Below are positions 31,716-42,296 of a stretch of DNA of 64,000 bases, one piece after another. The DNA comes from an uncultured Verrucomicrobiae bacterium (GTDB taxonomy: Bacteria; Chlamydiota; Chlamydiia; Chlamydiales; Rhabdochlamydiaceae), in assembly GCA_963813135.1 (NCBI GenBank), contig CAWEXY010000021.1:1-64000 (forward strand). The letters are read 5' to 3'. Positions within the stretch are counted from its first letter, which is position 1. Every line of letters starts with the position of its first letter. The notes under the pieces are model-generated. The model ran no database searches and was not told where the DNA came from. It was given only the letters and a program-made list of their open reading frames with translations. The position numbers were made by a program, and so were the translations under genes.

Positions 31716-32046
31716 CACGAATATCATGAAAAAACGTTGTGCGGCAGCTCATTATACTGCCGCGCAGCTAACAAAGTTAGGATATCACGTATTTTCTCCT
31801 CTCACGCACAACGAGATTCTCGTAGACCTAGCTCCTCAGATCCCCGGTGAGCATTGGATGCAATTCGATCTGGCCATTTTGGCGATCTGCGAGAGCCTGT
31901 TCGTTTTAAAATCAGAGGGCTGGGAATTGTCTAAAGGCGTTCAACGCGAAATCCTGTTTGCCAAAGAAAAAGGAATCCCCATTCGCGAGATCGAGCCTCC
32001 TGAAGAAGATAAATATCTTTTCCTTGTTAACGCAGTCCATAACTAG
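31675..32046 (+). CDS. DUF1937 family protein (nucleoside 2-deoxyribosyltransferase-like fold)
   Basis: IYLASPF, VFSPLTH, WMQFDLAIL..C, GWELSKGVQREI..A...GIP. Confidence 0.85.
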   Translation: MGLIYLASPFRHPDTNIMKKRCAAAHYTAAQLTKLGYHVFSPLTHNEILVDLAPQIPGEHWMQFDLAILAICESLFVLKSEGWELSKGVQREILFAKEKGIPIREIEPPEEDKYLFLVNAVHN

Positions 32047-35000
32047 GCTTGTCGGCCGTCCCACGCACCGTGAGGGCGAAGGGCTCTCCGAGCTTGAGCG
32101 CGGCATCTTGCTTCATACGCAAGTTGAGATGGAGCTTGCCCTGCCAATCGATATAGGAAGGCTCGAAATCGGAGGCGAGGAAAAATTGTGAGCGCCGGCC
32201 TTCGCTGAAAGAATTTTCAAGCTCGGTGATATAGATGCGCCCTTCTCGGAAGAGACATTTCACATCGCCGCTTTCGGGGCGGAAAAGATCAAAGTCCAGT
32301 CCAAGGTCTTTCATCATCTTCAGAGGAATGTCGAAGATGGAGCTTTCTTTTTTCTCGCGGTTTGTAAAATGGAAGCTTCCTTTGCCGCGCAGCTGTAAAA
32401 TATCATCGCCTTCGCAAAATAGATCGGTGAGGACCAATGACCGGATCTCAAACGGTTTTTCTTTCGAGGGCTTTCCATCGGCGGTGCGCAGGAGGCTGGG
32501 TTTAAAATGATGCCCTTTCACAAGGGGGATATCGGTATCCCACGATCCTGTGATCGATTTGCGAATGGAAATTTGCTTCAATGAAAACTGTCCCGCCGGA
32601 TCTTCAATTTGCAAGTTTGAGATGACCACGGCCTTAGGGGTAATGGTCATATCGCCCTTTAGTTGATGGAGCTGGCATCCCTTCAATGTAACTTCGTCTC
32701 CCTGCACCTTTCCTGCAAAATGCCAACCGGCGGGTTCTTTTTTCCATGCGCCTTCCAGTTCGAGTCCGTTCATTTCTTTAAGAAAGGACGTCTTCGAGAA
32801 GGCCGATAGACGAACTCCATCCTCGATTTTGACACGCCCGGCAAACCCTATATCCTTCCTTGCGACATCGAGCGACAACCCGTGCAATGTCCCTTGGCAT
32901 TTTAACTCCTTGTCCCACGAAATCCTCAGGGCATCGCCGGCTGTCTTCAAATGCGCTTGGGAGGCTGTGAGGCGGATATGCAAAGGGAGATTAAATTCTT
33001 GCCAAGCAAGCTGCGCCTCCGGAATCTCGACACTCTCTTTTTGCATCTGCGCGAGCGGAGCAGATAACCGCCCCACAACTTTTTCCCCTTCTTTCGCGAT
33101 CAAAAGAATATCACGGCATCCAGAGCCATCCCAGATAAGAGGCGTCGGCGTCGAAAAAATGATCCCTGGCATTTCCTCGGCGGCAAGAGAAGAAATAGAA
33201 TAGGATTGATTTGCTATTGATCCATTGGCTCTCATCGTGTGCCATGCCAAGTCCCACACGATTCCGGAGTCCGTGAACATACATTTCAACCAGCGGGCGT
33301 TATCAGCCGAAAGCTCAAGCCGATATTGATTGTCCGGGGGGAGATGGCCTTTGCCGCTCAGTTTGAGCCCTGGATGGCCTTTTCTGGAGATCTCCACATC
33401 AAATTCTAAGGGCTTCGTCGGAATGTTTTCTAGCTTGGCGGCAGCGCTTTTAATAACCCAGCCGCCGGCCTTTGCTTGAAATTGGGAGACCACGGCCATC
33501 TGCGCTTCCGAGTCATACTCCAATAGCCCAGTTCCTTCTTGCAGCAAGCCAAAACCGACTTCTCTTAAGTTGGTTTTTACACGCCAAAAATAGTCAGTGC
33601 CCTCTACGCTATGATGGATGCGGCATTGCAGACCTTCTCTTTCTGAATAAAATTTGCCCGAAATGCCCGAGGGAAGAGATAAATGAGGCAGGATTTTGTT
33701 GAGATCCCCCTCTGCCATTTGAGATGTGAGCCGCAGGTCCCACTCCCCCTCTTTAACAAAGAGAAGCTGCATATCGCCAAGAAACGCCAATCCATCCCAT
33801 GCGCAGCTGATGTTGTTGCCGCTGATGCAATTTTCCGTAAATGTGAACTCGCCCTCTAGTCCTTTGATCTCTAGAGAAGCCTGGCTCAGCTCTCCGTCCC
33901 GCAATAAAAATCCGCCTTGCCATGCGCCCGTTGCAGCGTTCCAAGAAAAACGGCCCTCATCAAGCTGAGAGGCCGATAGGCACGCCTCCGGGATTGTTAG
34001 CGAAGGATGATCGATAGTAAAATGGCCCTCTACATGAGGACCTTGAATTTTTCCTCGGATGGACAGCTCGCCGTCCGCGAGAGCGCCTTTTAAAAACGGT
34101 GCGTAGAGTCCTTTGGTCGCTCGCGGGATTGTAAACCATCCGTGCTCGACCCTTTGCTCTTTATCGAGGCCTAAACCAAATTCACCCCGGTCCATATCGG
34201 TTTTGAAACTGCCTGTCGTATCGAGACGCCCGTCATGAAATATTCCCGATAAATCCACGTGGAGTATCTTTTCATAGGGGTCCGGCACTGATTGATGGAG
34301 AAGCTCGGCCCAAATCCTTAAGGGGGCCTCTAAAGCCGCCTGCAGCCGCAGCGCATCTAATCGGCCTTCGACCTTGATATCGCTCTTTACGCCTTCGATT
34401 TTGCAGGTAAATGTGCTGGGCTCAATGTTGCCGTCCACCACCTTCAAAACCCCCTGAAAATCCTCCAATCGCTTTTTGTTATAACTGAGCAGGCCTTGGC
34501 TTAGGCTTAGTTCGCATTGATGGATTTGATTTCCTATGAACGATCCATTCGATGACGCCGCTCCTAAAAATCCCTGAAATTGCATTTTGGGGATTTCAAA
34601 ATAGAGATCGCGCATAGATAAATTATGCCACTCGATATAAGGGATCGTTCCTTTTTCAATCCGGCTTTCGATGCGCCCTAGCACCGTTCCTTGGACAGCC
34701 TGAACATCTTCTAGCTCAGGCATGAAATAAGACATGGCCTTTAGGGTCTCTCGAAGGGCCGCTCCTTTCCAGTTCTCTAAATCTATTTTTACCGGGAAGA
34801 TATCCCAATCGCTGCATTTAACGGCAACCGTCGCTAAAGATTCCTCGGCTTTCAATCGCATTTCCAGCCAAGGTACTTGACCCTCTTCCAGCACTCCTTT
34901 GCCTTCCACGGTAAACGACAGTCCATCACCGATCCTTCCCTCCATCTCGAAAAGAGGCTCCTCTTGCGGGCTCAAATAAATATGCCCCCTTGCGCTATGC

Positions 35001-35863
35001 AGGAACAAAGGCGCGTTCATTTTTTGCAATCGAACATGGCCCTCTTCCCATGCAGCGGCGGCCAGCATTTGCTGCCAGAGCGCACCATGTTCCCCAGAAG
35101 GATAATGCAGGATCAGCTGCAGATGCCGCGCGTTAAAAGCCCTGTCTCCTCTTTCCCAGACGGCATTTTCTATAGACAGGTCGGCTTTGAGGGACTGCAC
35201 GGTAAATTGATGGTCGATGGCGATCTGGCCATCCAACCGAAGAACTCCTCCCATTTTGATCGCAGTTAGATGCGGCATCTGAAAAAAACGGACCAGCAGA
35301 TCCCCTGCATCGCAAATATCGATATCATGCATCGAACCGCGTACTTGCATCCCCTCCGCCGTTTGACGGACTTCCGCCACGATGGTGTTGCTGATATGGA
35401 GCTTCCCGATTTCTTCTCGAGTCTCTCCTGCGCAAAAAGAAAAGGCGGACGGCTGTTCTTTGCCATGAATAAAAATCTGCCCGCCGCTGACATTTAACCG
35501 CACGCCAAAATATTTCGTCGGGAGCAGCAAAGCCGCCAAAGCTGTATTATTTTCTTCAGGATTGATCTTGAGGCGCGCGCCTTCAATATCGACTTTGGGC
35601 TCTAGGTAAAAGGGGAAAAATTGCCAATTCCAATCGATTACCGCATGCTGCGCTGCGATCCCCTCGCCCAGTCGGACATTCTCATATCGAATTTCGTTTC
35701 CATGGATCTGCCGATGTTGATAGTGCAGCTTTTCGTGAGAGACGTAAGCCAGGGCCCGCTCCAAGACGGTGGCGATAAGAACGTGGCGGCAAGCAAACAC
35801 GCCCACGCTCAATCCGAAGAACATCAGAAGGACCCACGGCCATTTAGCTCTTTTTTGTTTCAT
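32027..35863 (-). CDS. large membrane-anchored beta-rich protein (AsmA/TamB-like, inferred)
   Basis: 1278-aa ORF with an N-terminal TM and alternating beta-strand pattern; C-terminus LTVRGTADKPSY resembles AsmA-type ends. Confidence 0.65.
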   Translation of the reverse strand: MKQKRAKWPWVLLMFFGLSVGVFACRHVLIATVLERALAYVSHEKLHYQHRQIHGNEIRYENVRLGEGIAAQHAVIDWNWQFFPFYLEPKVDIEGARLKINPEENNTALAALLLPTKYFGVRLNVSGGQIFIHGKEQPSAFSFCAGETREEIGKLHISNTIVAEVRQTAEGMQVRGSMHDIDICDAGDLLVRFFQMPHLTAIKMGGVLRLDGQIAIDHQFTVQSLKADLSIENAVWERGDRAFNARHLQLILHYPSGEHGALWQQMLAAAAWEEGHVRLQKMNAPLFLHSARGHIYLSPQEEPLFEMEGRIGDGLSFTVEGKGVLEEGQVPWLEMRLKAEESLATVAVKCSDWDIFPVKIDLENWKGAALRETLKAMSYFMPELEDVQAVQGTVLGRIESRIEKGTIPYIEWHNLSMRDLYFEIPKMQFQGFLGAASSNGSFIGNQIHQCELSLSQGLLSYNKKRLEDFQGVLKVVDGNIEPSTFTCKIEGVKSDIKVEGRLDALRLQAALEAPLRIWAELLHQSVPDPYEKILHVDLSGIFHDGRLDTTGSFKTDMDRGEFGLGLDKEQRVEHGWFTIPRATKGLYAPFLKGALADGELSIRGKIQGPHVEGHFTIDHPSLTIPEACLSASQLDEGRFSWNAATGAWQGGFLLRDGELSQASLEIKGLEGEFTFTENCISGNNISCAWDGLAFLGDMQLLFVKEGEWDLRLTSQMAEGDLNKILPHLSLPSGISGKFYSEREGLQCRIHHSVEGTDYFWRVKTNLREVGFGLLQEGTGLLEYDSEAQMAVVSQFQAKAGGWVIKSAAAKLENIPTKPLEFDVEISRKGHPGLKLSGKGHLPPDNQYRLELSADNARWLKCMFTDSGIVWDLAWHTMRANGSIANQSYSISSLAAEEMPGIIFSTPTPLIWDGSGCRDILLIAKEGEKVVGRLSAPLAQMQKESVEIPEAQLAWQEFNLPLHIRLTASQAHLKTAGDALRISWDKELKCQGTLHGLSLDVARKDIGFAGRVKIEDGVRLSAFSKTSFLKEMNGLELEGAWKKEPAGWHFAGKVQGDEVTLKGCQLHQLKGDMTITPKAVVISNLQIEDPAGQFSLKQISIRKSITGSWDTDIPLVKGHHFKPSLLRTADGKPSKEKPFEIRSLVLTDLFCEGDDILQLRGKGSFHFTNREKKESSIFDIPLKMMKDLGLDFDLFRPESGDVKCLFREGRIYITELENSFSEGRRSQFFLASDFEPSYIDWQGKLHLNLRMKQDAALKLGEPFALTVRGTADKPSYGLR

Positions 35864-35977
35864 AGGTTCTAAAAAGCCCTATATTACGTACAGAGCTCAA
35901 AAAAAGTAAATGCGCGAGTTATAATTGAAAAAAACTCGGCCAAGGCATATAAAATACTCATCCAAAGGGAGAACTCT

Positions 35978-36709
35978 ATGCCAAGAATAGAACCGACTGC
36001 TGTCAAACTTCCCACGTTTCCTTTCGCCTTCAAAGCTCCTTCATTTCCCTCATTGCCATTTCCGAACTTGAATGTTGGCCGCGCGCTCACAGGGCGCAAT
36101 CTGATCATTCTAACGGCCGCAGCCGTCGGCATAGCCCTTTTCATGATCGCTTTTAAAATCCGTGATATATTACATGCGCCAGCATCTCCGCAGGCTCCAG
36201 TGCTAGGAGCTCCACAAGCTGCTGTGCGATTAGGGAATTCAATTCTTGACGGGCTCTTTAAGATTGCGAAAGAACCTAATGAAGCCACGCTTAATCAGGT
36301 ACAAAAGGACATAGAAGTTTTGAATGAACTTATACTAAAAGTAATGGGATCTATAGACTCCGCGCAGAATGATATTAAAATTGATCCTAAGCTTCTGCAA
36401 GAGGCGGATTATTGTGATTTGGCAATCGTTCTTCAAAACTTAGAAACAGCACCAAAGCCTTTATCTGATCTTGTCATCAAAAAATTCCAAGAACGCTTAA
36501 AAACTGCTTTTTCTCAACAGTTTGAAGCTGATCGCACTATTGATCAAGCAAAGACAAACCTAATACAAGCTCATGCATTCCTTGGCTTGGTAAGCTCACC
36601 AAAATCGACGCATCAGATTTTCAACCACAGAAATAGGGATGTTCAATTTGATCCCCGTACTCTTCAAATCCTATCTGAGGCTTTCTACTCTGCGCTTGAG
36701 AAGCCTTAG
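35978..36709 (+). CDS. hypothetical protein with one TM segment
   Basis: 243-aa ORF with RBS GGGAG; Pro/Phe-rich N-terminus, a hydrophobic segment and a helical C-terminus. Confidence 0.7.
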   Translation: MPRIEPTAVKLPTFPFAFKAPSFPSLPFPNLNVGRALTGRNLIILTAAAVGIALFMIAFKIRDILHAPASPQAPVLGAPQAAVRLGNSILDGLFKIAKEPNEATLNQVQKDIEVLNELILKVMGSIDSAQNDIKIDPKLLQEADYCDLAIVLQNLETAPKPLSDLVIKKFQERLKTAFSQQFEADRTIDQAKTNLIQAHAFLGLVSSPKSTHQIFNHRNRDVQFDPRTLQILSEAFYSALEKP

Positions 36710-37065
36710 AAAGGCTCTCTAAGGAGCTCGACATATTGCGCCTTTGTCAGCAGGCGTTCGAGCTCCGAGGGGTCCTCGGGCGCCATCTTAAAGAGCCAGC
36801 CCGATTCCTCAGGATCCGTATTAAGAAGTGAGGGGGTGTCCTGCAGGGCATCGTTGATCGCGATGACCATCCCCGAAACAGGAGCATAGATATCAGCAGC
36901 AGCTTTGGTCGATTCAAGAACGGCCGCTTCTTTGCCTGCCGTTAATCTTGTTCCAACGGGAGGGAGTTGCACAAAGACGATATCGCCCAATTCCTTTTGC
37001 GCATGGGCTGTGATGCCTACAGTACCATCTTCTGCGATCCATTCATGGGAGTCGGTGTATTTCAT
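36706..37065 (-). CDS. gcvH: glycine cleavage system H protein
   Basis: KYTDSHEW, VGIT.HAQ.ELGDIVFV.LP, lipoyl site ESTKAA, and GWLFK. Confidence 0.95.
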   Translation of the reverse strand: MKYTDSHEWIAEDGTVGITAHAQKELGDIVFVQLPPVGTRLTAGKEAAVLESTKAAADIYAPVSGMVIAINDALQDTPSLLNTDPEESGWLFKMAPEDPSELERLLTKAQYVELLREPF

Positions 37066-37688
37066 GAAGACCTCTTGAGATATATTGTGGCCCAAAGGCT
37101 GGGCTGGTGTTCGACGGCAAAAAAGAGAGAAGAGAGGGTAAGGTGCTGCGGCGGTCCGCCGGCACGGTGCAGCGTGTAGGTGAAGCCGAGGCGGTCGAAA
37201 GCGGCGGGATCAAAGCCATGGAGGACATGGGCAGGAAATAGAATTTGAAGGGCATAGCCCTTGAGGGCGAAGGTGGGCTTCACGACGATGTCATTTCCGT
37301 CCGCGAGAGGATGGGTGTCATCGGTGCGGAACCTTGTGAGTTCGAGGCATTGGACGCCTTGGACTTCTTTGGGAAGTACGAGGAAGTGATGGCAAAAGCG
37401 GGTGGGAAAGCCGGCCGTTTTAAGGTCGCGGGTGTCGAAGAAAAATTCAAACGCATCGCCGGTTTTGTAATCGGGATACACGACATCTTTTAGGGAATGT
37501 TTGACGCGCACTTCGAGAGCTATTCCTTCCCGTGTCCAGGCAAAATGGACATCGGCGAAGGCAGTTTCTCCAAAAAGCTCGGAGGTGGAAGGGAGCGATT
37601 TCCCTTTTTTTCCTTCGGGCACATCGATAGATAGCCCGAAAAAATGCATCGGAGGGGTCGGCGGTAAAGTTTCGAGAAGCTCGCTCAC
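37062..37688 (-). CDS. conserved hypothetical protein (DOMON/CBM9-like, inferred)
   Basis: 208 aa, translationally coupled to both neighbours; W...G+..., GD.FE.F.DTRD motif. Confidence 0.7.
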   Translation of the reverse strand: MSELLETLPPTPPMHFFGLSIDVPEGKKGKSLPSTSELFGETAFADVHFAWTREGIALEVRVKHSLKDVVYPDYKTGDAFEFFFDTRDLKTAGFPTRFCHHFLVLPKEVQGVQCLELTRFRTDDTHPLADGNDIVVKPTFALKGYALQILFPAHVLHGFDPAAFDRLGFTYTLHRAGGPPQHLTLSSLFFAVEHQPSLWATIYLKRSS

Positions 37689-39873
37689 ATTTTCTCCATA
37701 GAGTCGAGAATTTGCTGCATAAGGAAGCGATGGGCGTCGAGGCTGAGGATCTTTTGTCCCATGTCGACATTATCAGCGACTTGCTCGGGGGCCTCCCCAG
37801 GCTGAGCAGACGGAAAAAGCAGAGATCTCCGGTGATGGGGGTTTGGACTTGGGACCACGATCCGACAGCTGTAGCAAAAAGATCGTCGGGGGAAATCGAA
37901 TGATGCTCCGAGCGTTTAACGTCGGTAGTGCTGCGTACGAGCTTCCACTGATCGATGAGGCGATCGCCGGTCGTCTGCAGATAGGGAGAAGCCTCCCCCT
38001 GCTCACGAATGCTCTGTAGCGCAGCGCTCATATGCCCCGTAAGGCGATGCGAGCTGTAATATTCCAGGCCGACTTTCTCGGAAGTGATGGTGCCCAAAAG
38101 ATCGGCATAGACTTTGCTGCCTACGAGGTCTTTGACTTGGGCAAAGGGTTTGTAATTGCCGCCGGGCAGTTGGAAGAGAGCTGCGTCTTTGCGGCGCACA
38201 TCGGCGTAGGCATTTTCAAGCTGTTTATCGAGGAGGCGGCCCAGGTAATCGTTTTGGCTCGCTTCTTCGTAGGTCATGACTTGCTTTTCAGCGAGGGGCT
38301 CTAAGAGAGTGACGCGGTAATAAGTTTCGTTGTTGGGCGTAAACGAAAAAGTCTCGTTTAAAGAAACAGCACGCAATTTGTCGAGAAGAGGTTTGGTATC
38401 TTCGACATCCGAGAAAGGATGGACGGCGCCGCGGCCATGAAGACTGACCTCCAGTTCGGCAGCTTGTGTATTTTGGAGCTCCGCCGCTAGCCATTCGGGG
38501 CGGGCCGTTACGATACATTGGCGGGCATATTGATCGACTTTAGCGCGCTGCTGGGCCTCAAGAGCATCGACCGCGGCTGTACGCTCGTCGGGAGTTTTAG
38601 CTTTAGCGCGGCCCAGAATCGGAAATTCTTTTTGGAGGAGCTGCCACCCGGCGTCGCTGGCCTCCCATTCCCAAGTCTCTCTCAGAGAAATGCGGGCGGT
38701 GAGATCTTCCTTTTTGATTTTAGAGACGCGGAGGCGGGCCCTTGTATGGACAAGCTCAGGGCACCGTTTTTCGACTTCCTCAATGGAATAAAATTGGGCG
38801 GGAAGTTTGGGGCCGCGGGCTTTGGGCGCAACGTTATCCAAATAATATTGCAGCTTGAGGAGCGAGCGGAAATTAGACAGCCGCAGATGAGCAGGAAGCT
38901 GATAGAGCTCGACGGAGGCGCTTTCGCCGGCATAAGCGGCAATCTGTTGATAGGAGAGGGGGTCGACAAACACGCTCTGGCCCACAGCGTCGAAGAGGCG
39001 TCTATAAAGAATGACATTTTTCCAGACGGCAATGGCGCTGGGCATGTCGAGGCCGCTATAGCGGAGCTGGTACTCTAAAAATTCTTCGGCATCGGCGTAC
39101 GTCACCTCTTTTTTAGAAGCGAGGGACTGGAGGAGGGTGCGGGCGTTCTGCAAGAGATCGACACGGGTCTCTTCGGTCGAAATAGCATATCCTTTTTGCT
39201 CTGCCATGCGCGCTCCATTGATGAGAAAAATGGCGAGGCGGTTCATGAAGGCTGTCCCCAGCCAATCTTCCAGCGTCTGGAAGTTCATGAGGGCCAGCGG
39301 CTGCTCTTCGCTCAGCCTGGGGTCGGGTTGGATATTATTGTATTGTCTTTGCTGATAAAGCAGGATCCTGCGCAATACATCGGGCGAAAAGGCGGATTGG
39401 TCCAGATAAAGCTGGCAAAGCAGAGCGAAAGAGTCGGGGCTGGCCTCCATTTTTTTGAGCTGCGACAAGTGCTCGGGAAGGGTGGGGATGAATCGCTTCC
39501 AAACTTCTTCGGCGCTCAAGTAAGGGGCCTGGGGATGCTGATAAGGGCGGAATCTGCGGACTTTTTCTAAACGTGCGACGAGGTCGGGCTTGATCTCATC
39601 GAAATTGCGCTCAGCCAGCATGGTGGCCATGCCGGTAGAAAGAAAGTCTGTTTCTATTGCGCGGGGGTTCACGTGGGAGAAAAAGAGGATCATCGCGTGC
39701 ACTTCGCGGTCTGTAATCGAGGAGCCGTCGAGGGCCTTGCCGATTTTGCGCTCGGGCATAGGGGCCCTAGTGTCCATGGCGCCCGATGTTCCAAAAAACA
39801 AAAACGAGGCGATGGTGATCACCGCGATCACCAAAAACAAGATACGCTGATGCTTTCTCAAAAATGTTAACAT
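37685..39873 (-). CDS. chlamydial conserved protein (CT283-like, SurA/PpiD-N-like N-terminus); homopolymer frameshift near 37,797
   Basis: MLTFLRKHQR + TM + SFLFFG. One extra G in the run near 37,797 gives ...LGEAPEQVADNVDMGQKILSLDAHRFLMQQILDSMEKM*, whose stop overlaps the next GTG start. Confidence 0.75.
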
Positions 39874-39900
39874 ATTATACCTGAGTTTGCGAACTGGGGA

Positions 39901-39972
39901 GAGATTTTAACGCAGAGGCTCAAAGTTGCAAAAGATATCTTAGCGTCTTTGCGCCTTTGCGTTAAAACTCTC
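39901..39972. repeat. imperfect inverted repeat (REP-like hairpin) downstream of proS
   Basis: GAGATTTTAACGCAGAGGCTCAAAG ... CTTTGCGCCTTTGCGTTAAAACTCTC. Confidence 0.75.
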
Positions 39973-39999
39973 TCTTTGCCCCCTTCGACTTTATTCATT

Positions 40000-41505
40000 T
40001 TAATAGGCCTTTGCGAAAATTACGCGCTGATGGCTTTTTTTGCCGGTAAAGGGACATTTCCCTTCTTCTTTTTCGGCATCCAGAGGAATGCACCGGATAG
40101 TCACGCCCAAATCTTCTTTTGTTTTTTTCTCGATATCGGGATCGCCGCCCCAATGTGCAAGCGCAAATCCCCCATGGATCTCGGGATTTTCTGCATTTTT
40201 GGGGGTGAAAAACCGATAAAACTCTTCCTTGCTGTCGATTTTGACCGTGTTCGCATCGCGGTATTTCTCGGCCCGGGCATAAAGATTGTCTTGGATATCT
40301 TGAAGGATATCGGAGATGGCGGCGACGAGCTGTCCGCGGGAGAGCTGGGCTTTTTCGCTCGGAGCCTTGTCACGGCGGGCCACAGGGAATTTATCATTGG
40401 CGATATCGCGGGGGCCGACCTCGATCCGAACAGGAACGCCCTTCTTGATCCAGCCCCACATCTTATCGCCGCCGCGCATATCGCGCTCATCGACGATCAC
40501 GTTGAGGGGTTTTCCATCGAAAAGAACGTGGCGGAGTTCGCCGGCGAGCGCATGGCAAAAATGGATCACTTCGGCGCGCGTCTCTTCTTTATGGATGACC
40601 GGGAGGAGAACAATGTGAGACGAAGCAATTTTAGGAGGAAGAACGAGGCCGTCGTCATCGCTATGGGTCATAACGAGCGCGCCGATAAGACGGGTGGTCG
40701 AGCCCCAGGACGTCGTCCAAACAAGCGACTCTTGCCCGTCTGCGCCGCGGAACTTGATATTTGATGCTTTGGCAAAATTTTGGCCTAAAAAATGGGACGT
40801 CCCGCACTGGAGCGCTTTGCGATCTTGCATCATCCCTTCAATCGTAAAGGTGCTCACTGCGCCCGGGAATCTCTCCGTCGGCGTCTTCTCCCCGCGGATC
40901 ACCGGGAGCGCCAATGACTTTTTAGCAAACTCTTCATAGACCATGAGCATGCGCATCGTCTCTTCGAGCGCCTCTTCAGCCGTCGCATGGGCGGTATGCC
41001 CTTCTTGCCAAAGGAATTCCGTCGTCCGCAAAAAAAGACGCGTCCGCAGTTCCCATCTGACGATATTGGCCCATTGATTGATGAGAAGAGGCAGATCGCG
41101 ATAAGAGGTGATCCACTTGGAAAACATCTCGCCGATGATCGTCTCCGATGTGGGGCGGATGATGAGAGGCTCTTCGAGCTCTCCGGCCGGTACCAGCTTG
41201 CCATCTTTGCCGGCTTCTAGCCGGTGGTGGGTGACGACGGCGCATTCTTTGGCAAACCCCTCCACGTGCTCGGCTTCTCTCTCTAGATAACTGAGCGGAA
41301 TAAACAGCGGGAAATAAGCATTCTGATGTCCCGTTTCTTTAAACCGCTGATCGAGGATCCTCTGCATATTCTCCCAGATCGCATAACCCCAAGGCTTGAT
41401 GACCATACAGCCGCGCACAGGCGAGTGCTCGGCGAGATCCTTCACCACCTCTTGGTACCAATCAGGATAATTCTCATCGCGTCTTGGGCTAATCGCAGTT
41501 TTCAT
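40000..41505 (-). CDS. proS: proline--tRNA ligase (archaeal/eukaryote-like type)
   Basis: IRPTSET, NQWANIVRWE.RTRLFLRTTEFLWQEGHT, GTSHFLGQNF, TSWGSTTR; C-terminus FAKAY; no INS editing domain. Confidence 0.96.
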   Translation of the reverse strand: MKTAISPRRDENYPDWYQEVVKDLAEHSPVRGCMVIKPWGYAIWENMQRILDQRFKETGHQNAYFPLFIPLSYLEREAEHVEGFAKECAVVTHHRLEAGKDGKLVPAGELEEPLIIRPTSETIIGEMFSKWITSYRDLPLLINQWANIVRWELRTRLFLRTTEFLWQEGHTAHATAEEALEETMRMLMVYEEFAKKSLALPVIRGEKTPTERFPGAVSTFTIEGMMQDRKALQCGTSHFLGQNFAKASNIKFRGADGQESLVWTTSWGSTTRLIGALVMTHSDDDGLVLPPKIASSHIVLLPVIHKEETRAEVIHFCHALAGELRHVLFDGKPLNVIVDERDMRGGDKMWGWIKKGVPVRIEVGPRDIANDKFPVARRDKAPSEKAQLSRGQLVAAISDILQDIQDNLYARAEKYRDANTVKIDSKEEFYRFFTPKNAENPEIHGGFALAHWGGDPDIEKKTKEDLGVTIRCIPLDAEKEEGKCPFTGKKSHQRVIFAKAY

Positions 41506-42202
41506 CGATAAATTCTTTTCTCAAATGTTGTTTTAATTCGTTTCTAGCTTCTTGTAGGCTTTTTGGGCCCATCAAGGGATACGTGTGCGCCATCATCGCT
41601 GCGGCGATTCCCCCGTCGTGGAGAACATCTCTCAAAATGTCCATCTCCGGCATCATGAGCGCGATCGTCCCCTGGTGCAAAAAACCCTGTCTCGTTTTGC
41701 GCTGTGCGGCGCCGGCGATCTTCCGCCCTTGCAGCACCACATCATATTTCGTCGGCTGGGCCATACAAAATCGCTTGCAGTCTTCCATCGCTGCCGCGTG
41801 GTCCGTGGGCGTCAAAGAAAACTCTTTTTCCTCTCCCAAAAATTTTTGGACAGCGCGCAAAACGGCCTGGTTCACAAAAGCATAATTGTCCAAGGTATTT
41901 AAGGAAAAGAAGTTCGATTGCGCCGGCACCAACACCGAAAAGGCCAAATCCCACAGATGGAAGACGATCCCCCCTCCCGTGGGGCGCCGAGCGCAATCGA
42001 TCCCCCGCGCCTCGGCGGACGATAAATTCAAAAATTTACTTGGCTCGATAAAATGGCCATACGTGATGCTGGGCCGCTCCCACTCATAGAAATGCAAGAT
42101 CGGCTGCTGAACCTTCTCTAACATCTCGGCATCGAGGCGCATATTTTTCTCCGCAGAAGCCGCGCCCGTATCGATTTCTAACCATTGCATCCCGCCCATC
42201 AT
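41489..42202 (-). CDS. lipoate--protein ligase family protein
   Basis: NMRLD, RRPTGGGIVFH, GRKIAGAAQR, LHQGTI. Confidence 0.9.
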   Translation of the reverse strand: MMGGMQWLEIDTGAASAEKNMRLDAEMLEKVQQPILHFYEWERPSITYGHFIEPSKFLNLSSAEARGIDCARRPTGGGIVFHLWDLAFSVLVPAQSNFFSLNTLDNYAFVNQAVLRAVQKFLGEEKEFSLTPTDHAAAMEDCKRFCMAQPTKYDVVLQGRKIAGAAQRKTRQGFLHQGTIALMMPEMDILRDVLHDGGIAAAMMAHTYPLMGPKSLQEARNELKQHLRKEFIDENCD

Positions 42203-42296
42203 ATATTACAGTACATTAAAAAAAAACTTGCTATTCTCGCGCAAATTTGCCAATAAAAGGCTTAACACATAAAATAGGCCACGGGGGACGTTCATT

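Noticed and set aside
37447..37684. Long overlap of the 808-aa ORF with the downstream gene
   Set aside because: Caused by the frameshift; the corrected frame stops at 37,685.
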